Part shown: piece by piece, positions 18,298 to 29,600 of the stretch
Numbering within the stretch: position 1 is the first letter of the stretch
Layout of the letters: each line of letters begins with the position of its first letter
Source of the DNA: a virus
Taxonomy: Duplodnaviria; Caudoviricetes
DNA length: 45,113 nt
Direction: 5' to 3' (one strand)
Virus record (IMG/VR): IMGVR_UViG_3300030376_005384
Span: 1 to 45,113 of that record
The notes under the pieces: generated by a model
Told to the model about the DNA's origin: nothing
The model's database searches: none
The model's input: the letters and a program-made list of their open reading frames with translations, nothing else
Program-made: the position numbers and the translations under genes

Positions 18298-19542
18298 TTA
18301 TCCAGCATCTGCAGCTCCTGTTGGGTTGCTTAACGAGTACCAATTAGTTCCATTACAATAAAGTGTATAACCACCATAACCAACTACTCTTTCATCGGAA
18401 CCTGATGTTAATAATATATCTTGATTTCCAGTACTCTCATTATGCTCTAATTGTATAAAATTATTAGTAGAAGTTTTAACTATATGTAATATCTGCCCCT
18501 CTACACCATTAACAAAACCCCCTATAGTCACATTATTGCTAACTGTATTTACTCTTAAAACAGAAATTCCTGCAACATCTACATTGTCAGTAGGTCCTGC
18601 AGTAGAGTGAGTTCCATGTTTATAAGATATTGCTCCTTGTAAATTAACTCCGTTAGTATCTAAATTGAATATAGAATCATCAGCAAATGTATGTCCATTA
18701 TGTATTTTAAATCTTCCATCAGCTGTTTGAAATGTAAGAGTAACATTTGTTCCGTCTGCTGTTGCATCAGCAGAAAGTTCAAACGTGTTTGCTGATGGAG
18801 TAATGCTATCAATTGTAGCATTAGCTGGTATTCCTGTTCCAGATACTGTTGAGCCTACAATTAGCGCACTAACATCATCCATAGTTACAGTAGCATCCCC
18901 ACTAGATGTATCACAAGTGCTATCTGTAAAGGTTGTAGATTTTACGTTATCAAAACCCATTATATATCGAGATTGAATACCTCTATACATTACAATAGCT
19001 GAATCTGATTTATTATTAATTAAAAAAATTTTTGAATGAGAAACATCATCAGGATTATTTAAATTTCCCGCTAACACTAAGCCTTTAGACTCTATATAAT
19101 GAGATTTTGTGTTTGTTTCTGAATTATAATAAAACTGTCCCCAACCTCTGCCAGAAGAATTGTTAGTTCCTATATCAAGAGCAACAGATTGTAATTTAGC
19201 ATCTGAACTATCAGTAGAATTTCTAAATGCTATGTTGCCTGATTTGTTTTGTATACCAACTGCCGCTGTTCCCCCTGACTGTCTTAATAATAATTTATCT
19301 ACAACAGGAGTGTTGTTTGTTTTAGTAGATAGTTTTTTAACTTCGTCTTCTAACTTTCTAACAGTAGATGCTATTCCTCTTAAGTCTATATCAAGGTCTA
19401 CACTGTGCCATTTATTAGATTCTTTTACATATAACTTTAAGCCTTTTCTGGATGAGCGTATACTCATATCTCCATTTTGTCCCTCAAGACGTTGTGGAGT
19501 GCCTTTACCTATAGTTATTCCTCTTGACTGTTTAATAGCCAT
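18298..19542 (-). CDS. Tail fibre/needle-like protein
   Basis: N-terminal short coiled coil followed by beta-rich S/T/G/N modules; follows tail genes. Confidence 0.65.
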   Translation of the reverse strand: MAIKQSRGITIGKGTPQRLEGQNGDMSIRSSRKGLKLYVKESNKWHSVDLDIDLRGIASTVRKLEDEVKKLSTKTNNTPVVDKLLLRQSGGTAAVGIQNKSGNIAFRNSTDSSDAKLQSVALDIGTNNSSGRGWGQFYYNSETNTKSHYIESKGLVLAGNLNNPDDVSHSKIFLINNKSDSAIVMYRGIQSRYIMGFDNVKSTTFTDSTCDTSSGDATVTMDDVSALIVGSTVSGTGIPANATIDSITPSANTFELSADATADGTNVTLTFQTADGRFKIHNGHTFADDSIFNLDTNGVNLQGAISYKHGTHSTAGPTDNVDVAGISVLRVNTVSNNVTIGGFVNGVEGQILHIVKTSTNNFIQLEHNESTGNQDILLTSGSDERVVGYGGYTLYCNGTNWYSLSNPTGAADAG

Positions 19543-20489
19543 TATTTAATACTTTTTTCCCTGTATACTATACTTATATCGTTTATTTGAAATGATGAAT
19601 GTATATATCCTAAATCGTATGCGGTTGATGTTGTTACACTTGTAGATAATGCTGAATTTAATGTAGCAACCTTAGTATCACCCACATAATTAATAACCTT
19701 TCTTATTTGGCCCTGCCCAGGTCCACTGTAAAAAAATATAGGCATACCATTATAGTAGTCATCAACAGCACTAGTACCACTCTTTAATTGGACTTGATTT
19801 GTTTCTGGAGAAGCTACAACCTTCCCTATATGTCCTGCGTCTGCATGGCTAAACTGTAAAGCTACAGAATATACATTATTGATGCTAGATGTTGGCTTCA
19901 AAGCTACCGTTATCCATTCATTTGAAGGAGACCCAGCATTATATGAATCAAAGCCAGTTGCCCCAGAATAATATGTTGTATTTGAAAAATTTCCTGTAAA
20001 ATTATTAGAACCATTGGTTGCATAATTTACTTTTATGCCTGATACATAACTTTGACATTTAAATGTTACATATATTTTATAAATCTTTTTCCTTCTACTA
20101 GGGCCAGAATATGTACTTTTACCTGTAACTGCTCTTGTTAAATCAAAATCTTTTGTTCTTAATTTAAATTTTTCTGCAGCTTTTGTATGATTCCATATAT
20201 CTTTAGGTGAATCATCCCATACTGATATATTACCTAAACTTAATGCTTGGTCTGTCTGAGACAACATTATAAGACCACCATTTTTAGATACAATCATATT
20301 GCTTCTAAATATATTAGTAGGTTCTACAGGCACATTAGCATCGTCTCCAGTATCTTGTAACACAAAAGGTTGTCCAGGAATATTAGAGGCTGCATCAGAA
20401 CCTGTTTGAGGTATTGTAAATGCATCTGTTATAGGTACATTTAATCTTATTAAACTAAATGGTTTACTTGACTCGTCATTACTAGCCAT
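19542..20489 (-). CDS. Tail protein (resembles the C-terminal part of a podovirus nozzle)
   Basis: RTKDFD..RRKKIYKIYVTFK..FQINDISIVYREK beta-sandwich pattern. Confidence 0.6.
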   Translation of the reverse strand: MASNDESSKPFSLIRLNVPITDAFTIPQTGSDAASNIPGQPFVLQDTGDDANVPVEPTNIFRSNMIVSKNGGLIMLSQTDQALSLGNISVWDDSPKDIWNHTKAAEKFKLRTKDFDLTRAVTGKSTYSGPSRRKKIYKIYVTFKCQSYVSGIKVNYATNGSNNFTGNFSNTTYYSGATGFDSYNAGSPSNEWITVALKPTSSINNVYSVALQFSHADAGHIGKVVASPETNQVQLKSGTSAVDDYYNGMPIFFYSGPGQGQIRKVINYVGDTKVATLNSALSTSVTTSTAYDLGYIHSSFQINDISIVYREKSIK

Positions 20490-23400
20490 TATAGCTCACT
20501 TTCTGTGTTGCCCATTATTACATCACTTGGGTTAGATAATTGATACCAATTAAATAAATTGTTGTGCTGAGTTATAGAGCTATTAGCTATATCATATATA
20601 TATCCACTACTTGAAGCTCCTGATATATTTGTTGTAAGTATAATCAGCTTGTTAGAGTATTTATCATAACCTACTATTACAGGTCTTTTAAAATCTTCAT
20701 TTGTTAACCAATTATCTATTCTAAATTTATCTGAACTTACATTACTTAATTTTTCACCATCATAATAATATATACCATTTGAATTAACCCAAAATATGCC
20801 TTCATTAGATTTAGCTACTTGACATGAGTTTTTAATTCCTGCTCCAGACCAGGTACTAACAAGTTCTTCGCCCTCAGATGTTACTTTAATTAAATATGCA
20901 GTTTTTTCTTTATACTGTATTAATTTATCTCCAACTGATTCAAGTGCGACAATACTTTCACCATCAGAAGTAGCTACATCGATAAAGTGTGTACCATCAT
21001 CTGGAAATGTGTCAAACCTGTCTGTATCTGAGCGTAACATTCTATCTGGGAATGTTTTGTCACCAATTTTTAAATTACCTATATAAACTTTTCTATCTAC
21101 AGTTGCTGTTGCTTTATACCTAGCGGCTAAATTTGTGCCTGCTTCATACCCATTATTTGCTTCATAAGTAATAAGAGGTAAAATTTTGATTGAATCTCCA
21201 TTTATGTTATTAGTAACAAGAGATTTTAAATCATTAGAATCGTCAAAATCCCACTCACTTCCACTAACATCTCCTAATCTTAAATCTTCTATATCTGTAT
21301 CTTTAGCATGCATAGTATATGTACCTTCTTTTAAGTCTACATCATACAACATTAACCACTCTTCAGCTAAACCGCCACCAATAATATCTACTTGCTTTAT
21401 GTAAATTCTAAAACCTTCTATACGCTCATTCCAACTGTTATTTTGAGTTGTGTTGTTAAATATTCCTGTCCTTGAATTGTTACATAAAAAAGAAATGTGA
21501 GATTTTGCAATATTTGTAATTTGTCTAAAGTCAAAAGCATTGTTTTCGCTCATTATTGAAAAATTTTGCTTTGTAATTTGTAACCTTCTAAACCTAACAC
21601 TTTCTGTGGGGCTTCCTCCATCATCTGCTCCAATAGTCTTGATAGTTATAAGAACATCAGAATCTACTGCAGCTCCTGATTTAACTATTCCAGAAAAAGA
21701 TGTTTGCCCATTCCCACTTGTAGGTTGAGAAACTGTTAAAGGTTCTGACCCTGTCGTGGCAGTTCCTGGGCCTAGACCAGCATAAATTTGCAAAGAAACT
21801 CCGCTACAGTTAGTAAATGTTAAATTACCGCTAACATAAAAATAACTTGCAGTATTAACCGTACGGGTTGTGCTTTGAAAATAAAGATATGTGCCATCAG
21901 CTGTACTTAGAATCCCATCCTCCTCACTACCAGTAGGATAATCATAATTTAATGGATTTAATGTTGTGCAAGCCGCTTCATTTGCTAAACTTGCATCCAT
22001 AACTTTCCATTGCCCATCAGGAATTGATACACCAGCATACATTCTTGATGCTTTATCTGATAGTAAATTACTACCATCTGTAGAGTTATGTAATGCTGTA
22101 GTAATATTAGATTCTTGCATTTCGCTACCACCACCATCATACAAATAAGACATTCCAAATATATATTTATTTTTAATATTGTCAGCTATAGTTTCGTCTT
22201 CTAAAACAATTTGCTCGCTTCCCGTAGGGTCGTAACCAATAGCATCAGCGTCAGATATAATTTTTAATTCCCCAGCACCACTTCCAATTCCAACTATTTC
22301 AAAAACACCATTTAAATAAGAGCTGTCATCACCTGTACAATTAGAGATGGACACAAATTTACCAATTGCAAATCCCGCCCCATGTATATCAGCTAAAGCA
22401 GTAGTCTTACTATCTTGGCTAGCTAAAACTATTTTAATAATTGTTTCAGTGCTTGATGTTTCAGCAGTTATACTTGAATCACTTTTTATTGTATATACAA
22501 CATCAGTATCAACAGTATTTATTTCTAACCCTAAAGAAACTTTTTCAGGTTCTGAAGGATATGTACTTGTTGAGTTTAAAGTATCACCATTATTTTCTCC
22601 AGCAGTTCTAAAATCAAATATCTTTAAGGCATCATATACAGGCGCTTCTGGCACTTGTATATCTTGCACCCATCTATTTATATTTGTATTAGCTCCTGCT
22701 TTTTTAAGCATAGGACGTTTAATATGAGTGAATATCTTAGGAACATTTATTTTAATAACATTTGTTTTTCCGTTTCCGCCAATATCAGCAGAATGAGAAG
22801 TAGCACTAGTTCCAAATCTACCTCTCTCAATATTTAACAAATCATTAGGACTGTCACCTAAAGATGTATATCCTGTAATTTTTACAACTTCTTCATTAAT
22901 TTTTATATAACTACCAATATCATTATTCCCAAAATTTCCAGGGTCTACAGTAAAATTTGTTGCTTTTCTTGTTAAATCTTTACCATTAACCATAGCATCT
23001 TCAACAACCTCTTCACTAAAATTAGCGTCACAAACTCTTAAACCATTATCTGCTTTATAATAAACAGGCTTTACACCTTTTACATCTAATAAATTTTCAC
23101 TATTACCATCAGTGCCTGTATTATGTACAGTACCCATAGATATGAGAGAATCTTTCCAAGGCCCATAATCTGTTCCTTCAAAATTATCTGTCCATATATC
23201 TATATCTGCCCCATCATTAACACATATAAATTCTGTGTCAATTTCATTAGGGCCAGTATTATCAGAAACACTTGTATTATTAAAATCATAATCGTGTGTA
23301 AATGAAAATAGCCCATGACCTGACGATATGGGCGTTTCGTTATCAAACCTATCTTGACCTTCACTATCTGTAGGACTTACAGGAACATTTTCTGCGTTTA

Positions 23401-23566
23401 CTGTAACAAACGAAGATTTACCATTACCTGGCATTGTTACTCTACCTACATTAGAAACATTTACATTAGTAGCTTCTACTAATTGATTGTCTTCTATGTC
23501 TCTTGGGTCAGCCTTTTTGTTGATACCACCTTCAAAAGCTTTTATATGGTATACTTGTTTAGGCAT
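20489..23566 (-). CDS. Tail tubular/nozzle-like protein (1025 aa)
   Basis: FEGGIN..DPRDI..NVNV N-terminus; C-terminal beta-propeller-like repeats (GIFWVNSNGIYYYDG). Confidence 0.7.
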   Translation of the reverse strand: MPKQVYHIKAFEGGINKKADPRDIEDNQLVEATNVNVSNVGRVTMPGNGKSSFVTVNAENVPVSPTDSEGQDRFDNETPISSGHGLFSFTHDYDFNNTSVSDNTGPNEIDTEFICVNDGADIDIWTDNFEGTDYGPWKDSLISMGTVHNTGTDGNSENLLDVKGVKPVYYKADNGLRVCDANFSEEVVEDAMVNGKDLTRKATNFTVDPGNFGNNDIGSYIKINEEVVKITGYTSLGDSPNDLLNIERGRFGTSATSHSADIGGNGKTNVIKINVPKIFTHIKRPMLKKAGANTNINRWVQDIQVPEAPVYDALKIFDFRTAGENNGDTLNSTSTYPSEPEKVSLGLEINTVDTDVVYTIKSDSSITAETSSTETIIKIVLASQDSKTTALADIHGAGFAIGKFVSISNCTGDDSSYLNGVFEIVGIGSGAGELKIISDADAIGYDPTGSEQIVLEDETIADNIKNKYIFGMSYLYDGGGSEMQESNITTALHNSTDGSNLLSDKASRMYAGVSIPDGQWKVMDASLANEAACTTLNPLNYDYPTGSEEDGILSTADGTYLYFQSTTRTVNTASYFYVSGNLTFTNCSGVSLQIYAGLGPGTATTGSEPLTVSQPTSGNGQTSFSGIVKSGAAVDSDVLITIKTIGADDGGSPTESVRFRRLQITKQNFSIMSENNAFDFRQITNIAKSHISFLCNNSRTGIFNNTTQNNSWNERIEGFRIYIKQVDIIGGGLAEEWLMLYDVDLKEGTYTMHAKDTDIEDLRLGDVSGSEWDFDDSNDLKSLVTNNINGDSIKILPLITYEANNGYEAGTNLAARYKATATVDRKVYIGNLKIGDKTFPDRMLRSDTDRFDTFPDDGTHFIDVATSDGESIVALESVGDKLIQYKEKTAYLIKVTSEGEELVSTWSGAGIKNSCQVAKSNEGIFWVNSNGIYYYDGEKLSNVSSDKFRIDNWLTNEDFKRPVIVGYDKYSNKLIILTTNISGASSSGYIYDIANSSITQHNNLFNWYQLSNPSDVIMGNTESEL

Positions 23567-23752
23567 TTAGTCTTCTATTAAAGCTTCCTTAACTACCTCT
23601 TCAACAGAGTCCCAGATAGCATCTAATATTTTAGCTTCTGTTTTTTCTGATATAAATGGAATATCTACATTCTCATTCATTTTGTTAATCATTTTTTCTT
23701 TCATTTCGTCATTGAATATATATCCAGCAACAATTTTACCAAAACCTGACAT
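23567..23752 (-). CDS. Hypothetical protein (61 aa)
   Basis: ORF track; NENVDIPFISEKTE; AGGAG RBS. Confidence 0.75.
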   Translation of the reverse strand: MSGFGKIVAGYIFNDEMKEKMINKMNENVDIPFISEKTEAKILDAIWDSVEEVVKEALIED

Positions 23753-23853
23753 TAATAACTCCTATTTTTTCTGCGTTTTTGTGCGTTAGTAACCTTTTTT
23801 TTCTTTTTAGGTCTTCCAACTTTATTTCCGTATGTTCCTTTACCTCTTGGCAT
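23752..23853 (-). CDS. Very basic 33-aa peptide with AT-hook-like GRP
   Basis: Read manually: MPRGKGTYGNKVGRPKKKKKVTNAQKRRKNRSY; AGGAGG RBS; TAATG coupling. Confidence 0.75.
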   Translation of the reverse strand: MPRGKGTYGNKVGRPKKKKKVTNAQKRRKNRSY

Positions 23854-23861
23854 AATGCCTC

Positions 23862-24161
23862 CTAGTGTTGTTCATACTTCTTGTTTTTTAAAAATCTTTC
23901 TTTAAGCCCATTTCCGCTTAATGCAGCAAGAATTTCTACAATAGCTCTATAGCTTGCTTTTATATCTTCTTGTCCTAATTGCATCTGTTTTTGGGCATCT
24001 ATAAGCTTTATAACGATACCTTCGAATCTATCATTAGCATCATCTAAATCTTTCTTTAAATCATCTTGAATCCAATTGTTTTGCTTCCATATAAAATAAC
24101 CAAATGCTACAGTCATTACTACAGGTACACCAAATTGTTCTATTGCTTGAAATACATCCAT
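23862..24161 (-). CDS. Putative holin-like membrane protein
   Basis: N-terminal TM helix (IEQFGVPVVMTVAFGYFIW) followed by a coiled coil. Confidence 0.55.
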   Translation of the reverse strand: MDVFQAIEQFGVPVVMTVAFGYFIWKQNNWIQDDLKKDLDDANDRFEGIVIKLIDAQKQMQLGQEDIKASYRAIVEILAALSGNGLKERFLKNKKYEQH

Positions 24162-24162
24162 A

Positions 24163-24570
24163 TTATAATCTAGGTACTGATAAAGACCTTACTCCACTTT
24201 TTCTGTGAGGGTATTGCTTAATAGTTCTTTCATATTTATTTTTATAATATGTAGCTCTTTGCAAATCGCCTGTATCTTCTAATAGTCTTGATTTAATATA
24301 ATCAATTATAGACGCATGTAGTGAAGTATCAAGTCCTGAATTAGATTTTAAATCATCAGTTATTTGGGTTACTGTCCCATACTTAGAATGAGTTTGTATA
24401 CGTAGTCCACCTGTTACACTACTTCCAGTATATGTATCATACCTATCTAAAGTTGTTTCTGTAGAATCAGCAGTATCGTTTGATAATACTTTACATACTA
24501 AAGCTAATCTATCATCATCATTATACCATGCAAAATAACTATTTGGAAAACTTCTTTTATCTGTAGCCAT
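24163..24570 (-). CDS. Putative virion structural protein (head-tail region)
   Basis: ORF track; HASIIDYIKSRLLE helix like adaptor C-termini. Confidence 0.55.
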   Translation of the reverse strand: MATDKRSFPNSYFAWYNDDDRLALVCKVLSNDTADSTETTLDRYDTYTGSSVTGGLRIQTHSKYGTVTQITDDLKSNSGLDTSLHASIIDYIKSRLLEDTGDLQRATYYKNKYERTIKQYPHRKSGVRSLSVPRL

Positions 24571-24578
24571 TTAAGCTC

Positions 24579-25067
24579 CTATACTGATGCTATAAATATT
24601 TCGACAGTTCCAGCATTAGAGCCAGGGTCCACAATTATGCTTTCTAAATCTGTTAATGCAGTTACTATAGCAGCAGCATCATCATCTGCATGTACAGCTT
24701 CATCAACTGTTCCCATTATAAAGCTTCTTCCAGCTTGGACTAAGTGTGTTACTGATAAATCTGCAGCAGAATTATCCTCACCAGAATCTAGCTGAAGAGA
24801 AATATTTAAAGAATTTGTGTCGTCCAAATTAGTAATCCTAATATATTTTACATTCTCTTTATCAAATGCACTGTCTGATGAAGCTGTTGTAGATTTAAAT
24901 ACTGCTACAGTTGCATCATCGTCAGCAGCTATTGTGACTATTCTTTTATATATATCTTTAATGCTAGCAATACTTAATGTGGTGCTTCCACCTTGATTTT
25001 TTCCATTAAGCGTGATAGATTCTGATATAGAAACTGTCATTGTTGAGGCTGTTAATGTACTTGCCAT
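24579..25067 (-). CDS. Putative virion structural protein
   Basis: Beta-rich, VKYIRITNLDD; AGGAG RBS. Confidence 0.65.
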   Translation of the reverse strand: MASTLTASTMTVSISESITLNGKNQGGSTTLSIASIKDIYKRIVTIAADDDATVAVFKSTTASSDSAFDKENVKYIRITNLDDTNSLNISLQLDSGEDNSAADLSVTHLVQAGRSFIMGTVDEAVHADDDAAAIVTALTDLESIIVDPGSNAGTVEIFIASV

Positions 25068-25076
25068 TTTTTACTC

Positions 25077-25382
25077 CTATTTTAATGAATCAGACGTTTC
25101 GTCTGTATCATCTTTTAATAATTTATGTGAATCTGCTAATAATGGCACTTTCACATATCTATCGTTATTGTCTAAAATTTCAACTCTTGTTATATCTACA
25201 ACAGAGTCATCTAATTTGTACCATCTTTGTTTTGAATTTAAATTTTGTATTTTTTCTGTAGTATAATGTTGCACTTTACCTGACATATCCATTAATGCAT
25301 CATTTATAAGTTGTAACATATACTGTTCGGGTTGCCTTCCCATTGTGTATTCTACTTGTTGTATTAAATCTTTAACTTTCAT
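25077..25382 (-). CDS. Putative virion structural protein (adaptor-like N-part)
   Basis: LINDAL helix followed by ..WYKL.. strand pattern. Confidence 0.55.
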   Translation of the reverse strand: MKVKDLIQQVEYTMGRQPEQYMLQLINDALMDMSGKVQHYTTEKIQNLNSKQRWYKLDDSVVDITRVEILDNNDRYVKVPLLADSHKLLKDDTDETSDSLK

Positions 25383-26022
25383 TTTGACCTCCAGGGACAG
25401 GTACTTGTTTTTGTTGTTGTGCTTGTTTAGTCCCCATCATTTGTAAAGACTGTACATAATCTTGTTTTAATGATGTTATCATTGGCACATATAATTCTGT
25501 ATCTTCTTCTGTGGCTAACAAACTTTCAGCACATTTTATTGCTGCATATAATACAACTATATATTCCATATCATTAGATAAATTAGCTATAGTACTATCT
25601 CCATTACCAATCGCTGTTAATGGCAAATATAATACTTCTGCAGTTTGAGTTGCAGTTGGGTCAGGATAAACATTTAATACAGAGTTTTTAACAAAATATA
25701 CAGGGTCTGTGTCTCTTGAATACATTAAATCACTTGTATCGGTAACTCTTGATACCATTATTGGGGATATTTGTCTACATACCTGATTAAACCCTCTTAA
25801 ATCTTTTCTTGTAACTGCCATAATAGGACCTATAGTACTCGTATTTAATGCAAGAGTAGACGATGAGTTATTAAGTTCTGTATGAGTAACACATTCTAAT
25901 AGCTTTTCAGGGGGAAGAATATTGTACAGCTGTTTTAATCCATCTTTTAAAAATTGCTCCATAGCATCTGTATCAGAAAAACTTCCAACATAATCATTTA
26001 TTTGCGCATTAAATGTTGCCAC
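25372..26022 (-). CDS. Head-tail adaptor/tail tubular A-like protein
   Basis: DPVYF..LNVYPDP..IVVLYAA pattern. Confidence 0.65.
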   Translation of the reverse strand: MATFNAQINDYVGSFSDTDAMEQFLKDGLKQLYNILPPEKLLECVTHTELNNSSSTLALNTSTIGPIMAVTRKDLRGFNQVCRQISPIMVSRVTDTSDLMYSRDTDPVYFVKNSVLNVYPDPTATQTAEVLYLPLTAIGNGDSTIANLSNDMEYIVVLYAAIKCAESLLATEEDTELYVPMITSLKQDYVQSLQMMGTKQAQQQKQVPVPGGQNES

Positions 26023-26213
26023 TATCTACTATTCCTATCTGCTATATCTTGGTCTATTGTTGTTTGAGAAAATTCCACTTGAGTTTGTCCGCTCCATGTA
26101 GTTCTCATATTTACATAATTTCTTGTATCATTACGAAACAGTTCTTTTTTATGCTTACAACTGTTTGGTTTTACTGTTTTTTCACAGTCTTCACAGTATA
26201 TAAATATAGCCAT
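26022..26213 (-). CDS. Small Cys-containing hypothetical protein
   Basis: CEDC..CKH; GGGAG RBS. Confidence 0.7.
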   Translation of the reverse strand: MAIFIYCEDCEKTVKPNSCKHKKELFRNDTRNYVNMRTTWSGQTQVEFSQTTIDQDIADRNSR

Positions 26214-26246
26214 TATATTTTAGTTCTCCCAATTATTTTAATCATA

Positions 26247-26600
26247 TTATTCACCTGTAAAAGTAGAACTTGCTACTAGTGTTTGTGCTTCTGTTTTAGT
26301 TAATACACTAAAGTTAGGATAATCTAACCCATAACCTAGTTCCATTAACTCTGTTAATATACCATCTTTCATAGACCACTCACCTTTAATAATAACATAA
26401 GACTTATCGTGTGAATATCTAGGTGGTCCTACTTTACCACTAAATATAATATCAGTCCATGTAGGTGCTGACTTATAAGTTACTTCTTCAGTTTCTTCAT
26501 TTACTGATTCTACTATAGGGTACAACCCTTTAATTTTAGTCCCAACAGCACTATTAAATGCACTGCTAGGTATACAAAAATACATTTCATAATGTGCCAT
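26247..26600 (-). CDS. Hypothetical protein coupled to the LamG fibre gene
   Basis: TAATG coupling, AAGGAG RBS. Confidence 0.7.
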   Translation of the reverse strand: MAHYEMYFCIPSSAFNSAVGTKIKGLYPIVESVNEETEEVTYKSAPTWTDIIFSGKVGPPRYSHDKSYVIIKGEWSMKDGILTELMELGYGLDYPNFSVLTKTEAQTLVASSTFTGE

Positions 26601-29600
26601 TATTTGTGACTCCTTTTACCTGCTTTAAAGTTTCTTAATAGTTCATCTGCGTCTAATGCCTCATTATACACTTGAACATCATCTATTTGACCTGAAAATT
26701 GCCTATGGTGATTGTTGTCGTCACCACCAGTGCCTGTGCCAACAGTTAACTCTTCAGTGTTTGTAGCTACAGAACTTAATGCTCCAGAAGTTGTGCTTGA
26801 TGTAAGTGTTGTTGCTGTATTAAGAGCATAACCTCTAATATCATTTCCGCTATTTGTGTGTGTAGCAAAAACAAAATACCATTCTCCTAAAGTTGGCGTA
26901 AAATTTATTCCTAATTGTTTTTGGCCACCATCACCTATAACTCCATCATTGTATTCTAAATACAATTTACCATTAGTGTTTCTATGTAAACCATATCCTG
27001 GAGCATCCCATTGAGTTTTTTTGTGTATAATATTATAACTGTTATCTAAATCTTTAAACTTAACCCAAGCACATAATGTAAAATTACCCGTTATATTTAA
27101 AGTATTAGAATGTGGAACAACTACACCTTCAGTATTAACGCCCACAGAGTTAGATGAATTATCGTTTATACTATTTATACAATTAGTAGTTCTTTGTCTA
27201 TTCATCAAGAACCCTTGTGAATCTCTTGAACTGTCTGCACCTGCTGTTATAAGCATTGTTTGTGTCATATTGTTAGAAGCTAAATCATCACTACCTACTA
27301 AATCTTTCCAAGTAGATAAACCATCATTTCTCCAATAGTTTATTAAAGTAGAAGATTTGCTATGCTTAGTAGCATCTAAAATTAAACCTTCATTATATAA
27401 TTCTGCTGCATCTGAAGCATTAAATGTAGTATCTTTCCAATAAGCTATTTCAGTTAAACTTCCTACAAATTGTAAAGTACTAGAATATCTGAAAGGGTGA
27501 AACTCACCTCCACCATTAAAACCTCCACTTATACCTGATATGTCTGATGATACTGATTGAAGCTGTCCATTTACATAAGATGTTACTGTGCCAGCAGTTC
27601 TATTCCATACAGCTATAATATGAAACCATTTTCCTGCTGTAAGAATATTATCTGTTATAACTTCATAACCAACAGCAGTACCACCTGAATCAGAATAAAT
27701 TTTTATATTTCCACTTGATGTAGTATAAAATATAATTCTTCCATCAGTACCGCTTTGACCTTGATACATAAATTTTTGTTCTGTCATCTCATTAGTAAAA
27801 AAACTAAAACTAATAGCAAAATCGTCTGTTCCAAAAGCTGGAGTAACACTAGATTTTATTGGATTAGTAGAATCATCAGCTTGGTCATTCCAACCTAACT
27901 GATTATAAGACTGTAATGCTGTTTGAGGTATATCTAGTTGCTGGTCTGCATCTGTCCATCCTGATGCTACACCTACTTCTTTAACTGATACATTATCAAC
28001 AGTAATTAAAGCAGGGTCTGATGCATTATCATTTTCAGCAGATTTAGCTAAAATTAGCAATTGTCCTGTAGTATTTGTAGCAATAACTTCAGAATAATAC
28101 GTTTCTTCTGTTGTAGTAATCCCACCATCATTAGGACTTCCATCAGTAGCGCTTATTACACAAGTAGCATCATTAGTTCCTCCAATACAAAACTTAAATT
28201 TTATATCTGTATCTGCTCCTGAAATATAATCTAAATCTGCTTCTATTCTGTATTTTCTTCCAGCAACTATTGTACCACCCATATCTCCTATAGTAAGTTG
28301 CGCACCTTGTGATGTGCCATCTCCCTCAAATGTAATATGCATCTTACCAGCAACTGTGCTATTTACATCTACTGTTGTACCATTATAGACTGACCAATCA
28401 TTACTACCTGCAAAAGTTCTATTATTTGTAGTTGTATTTAATTCATCACCATAAAATGCAGTTGTTGCGTTGTTTTTATTGTTTATTGGTTCTACCTTAA
28501 CATTATCTACTTGTAAAGTAACTCCATCAGGAGCAATAAATGTTACATAATTAGTTTCCGTTTCTGTTGATGTGAAAATATAGCTATGGTCGGTTTCTGT
28601 AGTATTATCTAAATTTTGTTGTTCAGAACCCCCTATATGAGAACCGCCTGTGCTATCATTTACATGCCCTATTTTTCCTTTACATCCCGAAGCGCTAGCT
28701 TTATATTTATATGAAACTTTATAAGTTACACCTGAAATAAAACTAATACCATTACTAACAGCACCAGCATTTTCTCCTGCGCTAGTATTTACAATTTTTA
28801 AATCTTTTGAACCATCTAAAGGATTTGATGTATTTTCTGCATCTATACTTGCTCCACTACCACTACCGCCAGCATAAACTAATGTCCAATTAGCAGAAGA
28901 AGTTTCAAAATCAGAATTAGTTACTAAATTATCACCAAGTCCTGTATTAGAAGCATCAAGTACATAAGACTGATTACCTCTATGACCTTCATTCATTGGG
29001 TACCATAGTGTAAGATTAGAGTTAGTTAGCGATGAACCACCTCTATTTAATGCTAATTGTTCTGGATTAAGATAATCATAGGTTACATCATCAGCTGTCC
29101 ATGTAGAGTTCCATATCTGAAAATCTGACATTTTACCTTCCCATAAATTATTCCCAACAGTTAGGCATCCTATACCAATACCATCAGAATCTTCTAGATG
29201 AGTTCTTGTCCAAGTTACTGTTTTGTCTAAAACTCCATTTAAATAAATCTTACCTGTTTTATTTGCAAAATCAACAGCACAAACAAGTCTATACCAAGTA
29301 TTGTTTTGTAAAGTAGTTGTAGATTCTATATTTTCAGCTCCACTGCCATCACCAATATAAAGTCTAACTTTACCTTCATACCACCATATACTCCAGTTAG
29401 CAGTTTCCGCACCACCTGATAGCCTTCCAGTAATTCCTCTGTATTCAGCTGTTGCATTATCTTGAGTTATCCACATTGCAATAGTTGTATCGGAATGAGG
29501 GAAAGTTGTAGGTCCAGTTAAATAATCACTAACACCATCAAACTCTAATGCTCTACCTGAATATATTTGTGCGTGATTGTTGTTACCAGAAGTATCTAAT

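Noticed and set aside
8181-23305. Many + strand ORFs of 60-164 aa opposite the late genes (and - strand ORFs opposite the early genes)
   Set aside because: Antisense shadows of long real genes, without RBS or protein-like motifs.
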